Below are positions 54,789 through 64,000 of a stretch of DNA of 64,000 nucleotides, in pieces. This DNA is from Octopus sinensis. Its lineage: Eukaryota. The DNA lies in assembly GCF_006345805.1 (NCBI RefSeq), contig NC_043017.1, forward strand, positions 1,922,001-1,986,000, in the 5' to 3' direction. How positions within the stretch are numbered: position 1 is the stretch's first letter; each line of letters opens with the position of its first letter. The notes under the pieces are model-generated. The model was given only the letters and a program-made list of their open reading frames with translations, ran no database searches and had not been told where the DNA came from. The translations under genes were made by a program, and so were the position numbers.

Positions 54789-55281
54789 ATGATAATAATG
54801 ATAATAATAATAATAATAACAATTTAGAGATTATGTGTTGGGGATTAGATCCACCAGTGTTTTATTTCATCGAGCACTAACGATTTAATTCCATGTCAAT
54901 TCCTGCAAAATTTGAACTCGAAACCTAAAGGCAAACAGCTGAAATTTGCAGGGGAATTGGTTCTTTACGCTAACGATTCGCCCAAACTCCAAACGTCTAC
55001 AGAAAATAATAATAATAATAATAATAATAAAGATAACAATGCGATTGCAATTAAGTATGAATAAACAAACGTCTATAATGAAATGTCTAATTGTATTGCT
55101 GCATCTTATACAGTTTCGTCTACCTGTCACAACACCGTACACCTGTCGCTTGTCATGCAATAATACTAATTAATATACTACCATATATATATATAAATAA
55201 ATATAGTCACGTACATATATATGCATATATAATATATATATTGTATATCATATTCTGTATGTGCATAGATATATGTGTGTG

Positions 55282-55554
55282 TATATGTGTATGTGTGTCT
55301 TTGTATACAAATGTAAGTATGTTTATCATATCTATGTATATATATATATATATATATATATGATATAATGATATGTATACATATAAACAGGTATGTTTGT
55401 GTCTGCGTGTGAGTGTACATATATATGTATATAAATATATATATGTATGTGTGTGGGTGTGTGTGTGTGTGTATATATATATACACACATATATATATAT
55501 GTATGAGTGGCTTTGTATACATATGTAAGTATGTATATCATATCTATGTATATA

Positions 55555-55594
<40 letters not shown>

Positions 55595-55740
55595 ATAATG
55601 ATATGTATACATATAAACAGGTGTGTGTGTGTGTGTGTGTCTGTGTGTGAGTGTACATATATATGTATATAAATATATATATGTATGTGTGTGGGTGTGT
55701 GGGTGTATATATATATATACACACATATATATATATATAA
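55282..55740 (+). repeat. Tandem duplication of a ~220-240-bp microsatellite-rich unit
   Basis: ctttgtataca.atgtaagtatgt..atcatatctatg and tgatataatgatatgtatacatataaacagg each occur twice, in register. Confidence 0.85.
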
Positions 55741-56154
55741 ATCGAGGCATAAATATATCTCTATGGGTGTTTGTGTTTGCATATATATATATGTGTATTA
55801 ATTGGATCTTACTAATATGTGGCATTGTTGCCGGAATCCTTTGTTATTGCTCCTCCTGTTATTTTTGTTGTTGTTGTTTGTTATAGGTGTTATTATTGTC
55901 GTAGCTGCTTTCAGTACCATTGTTGTTATGTTTTTTTTGTCTGTGTGTGTACGTTTTTTTTTTCTTTTAATTATTCAGTCTTTCGACAGTAGCTCTTAAT
56001 TGGCGTGTTTTAATTAGAAATATTCACACCATTGTCTAGCTTATGAAAGACACAGCTTAAAGCGGATTCGAAATAATACAGCAGAGCATCTGAAGGGAAA
56101 AATACTCGTATGCAAGAAAACGTACGATTTACTACCATTATCCTTTATCTTCTA

Positions 56155-56345
56155 TCTTTTACTTCTTTCAATCATTAGATTGCGGTCATGCTGGAGCACC
56201 GCCTTGAATTTTAAGTCGAATGAGCCGGCCCCAGTGCTTGCTTATTAAGCCCGGTATTTATTCTATAGGGCTCTTTAGCCGCAAACACACTAACACCGGC
56301 TGTGAAGCGGTGGTCGAGGGGGGGCAAACAGACACAAAGGCATGC
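56155..56345 (-). mobile_element. SINE family B 3' half
   Basis: gcggtcatgctggagcaccgcc; reverse complement of the tail. Confidence 0.75.
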
Positions 56346-56650
56346 ACACACACACGCGCGAATTTACGCACTCGCACGCACAGACACATATACGAGTGAG
56401 TACACAAACGAAAGAAGAACACCCGACACATTTATTAAGAGTTACATGTATGGATGAAAACTCAGAGTACCACGGAGTTTAAATCGAACAGTTTTGATCC
56501 ATATATATATATGTATATATATATATAAGTTCAATAAACATTTAGATTCAGTTGAATATGGTACTTCAGTTAAAGGCTCCAGAGTTTGGTTTGGTATAAT
56601 CCATATAATTCAAAATGGGATGATTACAATCACAATAAGAATCCAAAGGT

Positions 56651-56794
56651 AATGCAGTACCATCGTTTCATGCGACTCCATTTAATTGAATAATGCAAAT
56701 ATTATATCAGTTTTAAAATGTTGAGCATTTAAAACTGATGTAATATTTCCATTGTTCAATTAAATGGAGTCGCATGAAACGATCGAACTGTATT
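56651..56794. repeat. About 70-bp-arm foldback palindrome (probable Tc1/mariner-type MITE)
   Basis: Arms 56651-56720 and 56726-56794, five substitutions and one indel, 5-nt loop ttgag. cagt...actg+TA ends. Confidence 0.85.
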
Positions 56795-56832
56795 AACTCT
56801 GGATATCCTTGTTGCATATTTTGATTATATAT

Positions 56833-56865
<33 letters not shown>

Positions 56866-56879
56866 ACACCACACACACA

Positions 56880-56976
<97 letters not shown>

Positions 56977-57117
56977 TATATATATGTGCATATACATAAA
57001 TATATGAAGACATCGCATTGAGCCTCTCGCCGATAACTAATGAGAATTTCGTGACCTACTGTGTCTGATTTTCGTTTGTTTGTGTATTTATTATGACTTT
57101 TTAAAAGTTATTATATA

Positions 57118-57168
<51 letters not shown>

Positions 57169-57669
57169 GTAAACATATACATATATATGTAAATATGTAC
57201 ATATAAATGTATATACACACATACACACACACACACGCCGGTCTTCTTTCGTGTTTCGTCCACAAGATTCACTTACAAGTACTTGGTCTGTCCGAGGCTT
57301 CACACAGTGAGACTGAATCCAGAGCCGCGTGGTTGAGAAGCAAGCTACTTACCACACAGCCACACTTGTACCAATGATGACTAAATGGTGATGCTGTGTC
57401 ATTGATGCTTTCGTTTACATAGATGCTCTAGGAAAAATATTTCACCCCACAATGAAATTTTTCGTAAACATGCAGCTGGTAACTAGCTATTATTATGCTA
57501 TTATTTTTGTTAATTGTAATAGTGGTTTTATTAATACTAGTGACACTGGTTAATAATAATTAATGCGAAGTATTTTCTTTTCGTTAGCAGAAACACTGGC
57601 GTGATTGTGCGAGTGTGTTAGTGTGTGTGTGTGTGTGTGTTAGTGTGTGTGTGTGTGTGTGTGTGTTTC

Positions 57670-57880
57670 TGTGTGTGTATGTGTGTGCTTGTCCCCCACC
57701 ACGGCTTTTTCATGCGTTTGTGTCACCGTAACAAAGCTCTTCGATAAAATGAGACCGATAGAATAAGTACCAGGCTTTTAAGAATTTAAAGTACAGTAAT
57801 CGGTTCGTTCAAATTAAAATTCTTGAAAGTTGTGCTCCAGAATGGCCGCAGGCTAATCACTAAAACAAATAAAAGATGAA
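57670..57880 (+). mobile_element. SINE family B 3' half, diverged
   Basis: gagaccgatagaataagtaccaggc...gtgctccagaatggccgca. Confidence 0.7.
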
Positions 57881-59924
57881 ATACAAACTTGCTAGAATCT
57901 GAAAAAAATTAAAAAAAAGGAAACTCTCCTCCTCATCGCATCCAAGTTTTTTAATGAAGGAGTACCCCATGGGAGAGTTTGTACCCTTTTAATACATAAA
58001 GGTTACCTTGTCGTAATTTGGAAAGCCACCCGTCGTAGAGCCACCTCGATCAGAGGTGACCAGCTGTTTAACAGGAAGTAAAAGTATGTGATAACTCCTG
58101 CAAAATTTCAACGGGAAACCATACAACTTTTTGATATTGAAACGAAGATATTTTAATACTGTATTTGTCAAACTGTCAAACTGTATTTATGGGATTTCAT
58201 ATTTGTAACGTGGAAAGTATTTTACGAGCATTCGTATTGTAATGTTCGTTTTCCCTCAATTAGGTTCCTTTTCAGCTTTTCTTTGAATCTCTCGACAAAA
58301 TATCTCCTTCCCTATTTCTGTTTTTGTTTTTTATGTAATTAGGTTTAAAGGTTCCCAGTAAAAGAAGGAAACCATTTTCACCTTCCAAAAAAGAAAAGAT
58401 TAATTCGCATCTTGATGGAAGGTTTAGCGTTGGGATCAGGAATAACAGATTTTGAAGAAGTGAATGTAAGTATTCACGATCACGCGCAGTCTTGCGAGAG
58501 ATGCGATGTAATTTCTAAAGTAAAAAAAAAAAGAAAACAGATAAAAAAACATTACGAATTAATATCTGTGACATGAGGGCAAGGTAACACATTTCATGGA
58601 AGAGTTTGACAACATGCAACCGAAGAAATATATCTCCACACACCTTTTGAATGTCTTTGGCTAATCTAGAAGTTCTGAGGTGTCTTGAGTGTGAAAGTCC
58701 CAATTATCAATAAATGTTCAAAAATAAAAGAATATTCTTGATAGAAAGCAATCATAAAAGGTCCCCCGTTTCTCAAAACGGTTATTTCCTCTGACGAATC
58801 AAGATTTCTCTCCAACCAAGTTGGTCAGCCTAAACCGCTGGAATAATCAAATGAAAGCTGACAAACAATTCGATTTTGAGATGACAGAAACGTATGGAAT
58901 AGTTACACATCTGACGCATTCGTCGACTGATTTTCTCCAATGAAACTTTTACCATGCGATATTATTGAAGAGAAACCTTACGAACGCTTCGTCTTCATTT
59001 CATTGAACAGCTTACTTAATTCGATTTGGCAATACACTAACATGACAATCCGGTGCACTGTGATCATCAAGTGTCTTTGATATTACACGGGATCCCGAAT
59101 GGCCTCCGCAGATAGCTGTGGAGGTCATAAGGTTTCCCTTGTGAGAAAGGCTTAAAGGATTTGGGGAGGAGTGTCGCATATGGCCGGATGGCCCTTACAC
59201 GACTTACATGTCCTACATGAGTGAAGCAAAGGAAATGGCGGGATACAGGAACTCAAGCGGCATTGAAGATAATGATGAATATATCGATGGATATATCGAA
59301 GAGTAGGAGGTGAAAGACCCTCGTTACGAGGGTTTGAAACCTCATCTTATTGTATTATTTGTAGTGTTTTATAACCTCAATTGTGTGTTTAAAAAAAACA
59401 TGTTAAGTAAGAGGGTTTTAGTGCCTCCTTCTTTTAAGAGGTTTTAAACCTCATATTGATATTTAAAAAAAAGAAAATATGTTTTCGAGAAAAATCCAGT
59501 CGGTGGATGTTGGGTTTCGTCTCTCATTTATTCATTTTATTTCATTTTCATTCATTAATGTGTTTGTCCAGCCCGCAGAGCTACACAATCTTTGTACTGT
59601 CTATGATGACAAATTTTATGAAATGAAGTGTCTTTGATATCTTCTGACTGCAATATTTGGGTGTAACCATCTGCCGAGTGTCGCTTTGTCGCAGATGTCT
59701 CTTGTTTTTAACCAAATGAACTAGAACAACCTGAAACGAAATGTCTTCCCTAAGAACACAACAAAACATGCGATCCGGAAATCGAAGTCGGACCTTACCT
59801 TCGTGAATCAAACTGCTTAACTATGAGTTTTCGAACGTCATATAAATAAAACGTCATTTTATTCTAGTAAGTTAGTTTAAATGTTTAACTCATTTACACT
59901 TTAAGGAGTTCCACCTGAGGTTGT

Positions 59925-60150
59925 ATGGTCATTCAGGTTCACTCCAAGATCATGCTGGGACACCGCCTTGGAGAAATTTTAGTCGAATGAGTGGATCCCA
60001 GGTAAATATATTTTTTAGAAGGCTAGTACTTATTCTGTCAGTTTCTTTTGTCGAACTGCTAAAGTACGGGTACGTAAGCGCACACGTACAGAGGTCGTCA
60101 TGCGGAGACGGGGAACAGGCACAAACACAAACAGACAGAGACACACATAT
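59925..60150 (-). mobile_element. SINE family B 3' half, diverged
   Basis: catgctgggacaccgcc...cttattctgtcagtttcttttgtcgaactgctaaagtacggg. Confidence 0.7.
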
Positions 60151-60616
60151 TCACATACAGACACGCACTCACACTCACACACACACACACACCTGTATAT
60201 ATATATATATATATATATATGAGGGAAAATTATTGCAAACTACAGGGAAAAATTCAATTTAGAAATACTAAATCAAATTTCACAAAATATAATATATATA
60301 TATATGAATTAGAAAAAAAACACCGTTTATCAATTCAAAATGAACAATTAAATTACACCATCTAGAAAATTACATATAATAGAAAGATTAAATATATGAT
60401 AAAAAATATAACGATGATTAAGTAATGTACAAAATAATAAATAAAAAGTATCCATTTAATTCTATTATAGAAAGGAATATATTTTAAAGCCTATTAATAA
60501 TATTAATAATAATATTTCGATTCCCAGAACGGGTGCTGTGAGTGTTTAGTGAGCGAAAATTTCAGACTTTATGCCTAGAGTAGATAGGATTAATATTAGT
60601 AATGTATAGTATTAGT

Positions 60617-60858
60617 GTGGCGGCGCGTGGCTTAGTGGTCAGCACCATGATCTTAAGATTGTGGTTTCGATTCCTGGACCGGGCGACGCGTTGTGTTCTT
60701 GAGTAAAACACTTCATTTCACGTTGCTCCAGTCCACTCAGCTGGCAAAAATGAGTAACGCTGCGATGGACTGTTGTCCCATCTAGCTGGGGGAAGACATA
60801 CGCCATTGAAACCGGGAAACCGGGCCCATGAGCCTGGCTAGGCTTTAAAAGGGCGCAT
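60617..60858 (+). mobile_element. tRNA-derived SINE family C with (ATT)n tail
   Basis: gcgcgtggcttagtggtc (A box), ggtttcgattcc (B box), gttgctccagtccactcagctggc core, followed by (ATT)n. Confidence 0.85.
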
Positions 60859-60876
60859 TTATTATTATTATCATCA

Positions 60877-60914
<38 letters not shown>

Positions 60915-62349
60915 TTATTATTATTATTATTATTATTATTGTTATTATTATTATTACTATTATTATTATTATTATTATTATTATAGTATTAGTAGCTAAA
61001 GCCGAAAATGGCTGCAACGTCAGGAGTGCTGCTATTTCGAGTGAGACAGAAAAACGAATAAGTAGTCGTAGTAAGTAGTAGTAGCAATTATTGTTGCTGC
61101 TGTTATTGTTGTTGTAGTAGTAGCAGTGTTGGTGATGGTGGCGGCGAGAGTGGCGATGGCCTTTTGATAAACTGCCACAAAGAAGGGAGGTGGGGGGTAG
61201 AGGCAGTAATGCTATTAGCAACAGGAGGGGGGAACAGCAGGGGCAGCAGCAGCAACAACAGCAATTGGTGTCTTGTCAATGGAGGTGGCCACGGCGGTGG
61301 CGATGTTAATGGTGACAGTGTCGTTTATTGGCTTGTTAAAGGAGTGATTGATGACTACAAGCATAATACATGGAATTATGGGACAATCTCCCGCTTTCTC
61401 CATCCTCTCCCCCTCTCTCTCTCTCTCTCTTTCTTTCTCTCTCCTCCACCCCTCAACCAACCTAACAGAGACACCTCTCCGTCTCCTTCCTCTTCACTTT
61501 ATTCCCCCATTACCTCCCCCCCTTGCCCTTGCCTGCTCCACCAATTTCGCGATTTACGTAATGAAACTACGAGTTCTTTGACAAAGACGAATATGTTAGA
61601 CCATGTTATATTATAGAACAGCAATCCCAGGACACTGAGAGCTCTCTGATTGGGTTGTGTGTAGATTGGAATCAGTGGAGTTTGGTCTCCTTTTACACGG
61701 TGCCTATGTCTCTATGGTGAGTCTGTGTGTGTGTGCTTGTATATGTAAAAGAAAATGACATACATACAAATCCCCATTATCTATCAATCAATTTATCTAT
61801 ATATCACGATATATATATATATATACATACATGCATATATATGTATATATATATGTGTGTGTGTGTATATATATGTATATATATAAGTGTATATATATAT
61901 GTATGTATATATAGATATGTATATACACATATATGTATATATACATGTATATATACATATATATATATGTATGTATAAAGATATGTATGTTTATATACAT
62001 ATGTAATATGTATTAAACACATATATATTAAATATGCGTGCATATATATATGTGTGTGTGTATACATATACACACACATGTACGGACACCGCACACACTG
62101 ACACCACACACACATATATATATATATGAAGCCACGACACGAGTAGAATGAAATTATTGTTGACAGTGGAATCTTCAGTGTTTTGGCCCTAATTCCTCTT
62201 CCGTAAAAACCTGAATGAAAGGAAATAAAAGATGAGGTGCAAATGTTCAGACGGTTTCGGGTTGGATTTCCCGAATGTTCCGATTTGGACTTCGACCGAC
62301 CGTAGCGAAGGATCTTGTTCGTGTATCGTCTCTATGTAAGCTAACCAAT

Positions 62350-63310
62350 AGACTAGATGTCGGCAGTTTGAAGTACTTGGGTACATAAATTATACATTTT
62401 GATCTGCATGTTTACATTGGATGGCATCTGAGCAGGATACGTTTACTGAAGGCTGAACGTGTCGCTCCAGGCGCACAAGCCCGAGCTAGGGAATTAGGAT
62501 CAATTGTTAACAAGCAATGGTGGGGACTTCAGAGAAATGCTATTAAATTAGGAGTTATAAATTCTGGCAGAGCCGTACTAGAAGAGAAAAACAGGAGGAA
62601 AAATAATACAGCCGACGACATAGCGGGGACAATGCCGTCGACCATTTCTCGAAAGTAAATTACGATGGCTGCATTGCTCGAGGTAAAAAGACTCATTAAA
62701 GAAAAGACAGTGCAACGCACAGCAGTATCTAGTTCGTAGTAACGTCCATTTATACATATATCAACTTTTACTTCATACCTTATACGGTGGGTTAAACTGA
62801 ATAGAAGACAAAGTTGTTGGATAGATATAATCTCCAAAACACTTGAACTCTTGATCCAATATGACGACAGTTAGAAGATTAATGAAAGCTGTAAAAGAAT
62901 ATCACTACATTAACCGTGCTTCTTGTCTTCGAATCAGAGAATGAGCAATTCATTGATGATAAGTCTCCGTGAAATTCAGGAGCTGTTGATTCATATGAGT
63001 GCCTCTTACGAGTGTCCAAAAATGCATTAAAAATACGTTTGTTTAATGCCTCGACAATAGAATGTGAGATTCTATATGACTCTGGCATGAGAGTAACCGA
63101 TCAGAGTAACGCGAGTACCATGTAGTTATTGCGATGGCTAAAGAATGTTAAACACCTTGAAATCAAAGCAGATCCAATCACGCTAAACCTGTTGAAGAAA
63201 AGAGCGAAAAGCAGGATCCGAAACCCGGTACATACCCATCCACATATCCAGTGTGTTAAAAGTAGACCCAAATTGATTGAACGAGAATTGAAACTAGATC
63301 TCAGATTTGC
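62350..63310 (+). mobile_element. RTE-like LINE relic (RT C-terminal region)
   Basis: LKYLG at about 62370. LKIRLFNASTIECEILY..LLRWLKNV resembles the RTE KIRLF.A.V.S.LLY..LLR...NV pattern. Heavily degenerate. Confidence 0.45.
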
Positions 63311-63903
63311 AATGCTGCAGTGCTACTGCATGCACAACGGTGCTCAGTTTGTAAAGCTTTTTAATTATGTTTTCTTTTCGCATCCATGGAAATACAGTTA
63401 TTCAAATTGATTTGTAAAAACTGCTTGTCCATATTTTATTTTATTAATGAATTTTTCCACTTTCCTTTTTGTATTCTATCAACTCAAACTGCTTCACCGA
63501 TCTGCCGTTAGGGAGCGAATTAATTTCAGAGTCGTTAAATAACACACATACACACACACACACACAGAGAGAGTTGCATACATGTACGTATATAAACATT
63601 ATAATTATACATATGTGATCGTGTACGTCTACACATACACACACAGGCTCTCACACACAAACGTAATTTGTTCGTCTCGCATAGTCAGACATTTCGCGTA
63701 CACACACACACCTTTACACACACACACACACACCTTTACACACACACCATGTACACACCATCAACATACACAGAGAAAACAATTGCATGTCGGTTCAATT
63801 GCATGTCACAAAGTAACACGACAGGACTAGTCAAATATTTTGAAAAGCGGAAACATTATGAATACAAGGATAATTAAAAAGTAAAACCAAATACTAAAAG
63901 CGA

Positions 63904-63961
<58 letters not shown>

Positions 63962-64000
63962 GTAATAATAATAGTAATAATAATAGTAATAATGATGATG

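Noticed and set aside
58449-58465. Possible micro-exon ATTTTGAAGAAGTGAAT|gtaagt (DFEEVN)
   Set aside because: The acceptor lacks a pyrimidine tract, and it lies within the decayed ORF-like block.

Overview
This is eukaryotic, AT-rich, non-coding-looking DNA. The SINE families and microsatellite load match octopus (cephalopod) intronic or intergenic sequence; that assignment comes from my recognition of the repeats, not from a search. I recognise no intact host protein-coding gene. Almost every ORF in the supplied track is a microsatellite or SINE artefact. Contents: four tRNA-headed SINE families (labelled A-D here), fragments of three Tc1/mariner transposons (a DD37D maT, an internally deleted mariner with both TIRs and TA duplications, an irritans-like 3' end), and relics of CRE-like, RTE/LINE, Gypsy and Penelope retroelements plus MITEs. 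The most notable signal is a set of type I hammerhead ribozyme motifs in several different carriers. Three look structurally complete: 16740-16779 (+), 14351-14396 (-) and 45483-45568 (-); several others are broken relics. The best one sits in an ORF-less unit of about 220 bp present twice (retrozyme-like). Another family joins a tRNA-like Pol III head, an (AAT)n tract and a hammerhead-bearing tail. Also notable are a TSD-flanked SINE tetramer with ABAB structure and a palindromic junction that recurs at a second locus, a 145-bp foldback hairpin, a decayed unidentified ORF, and weak micro-exon candidates.
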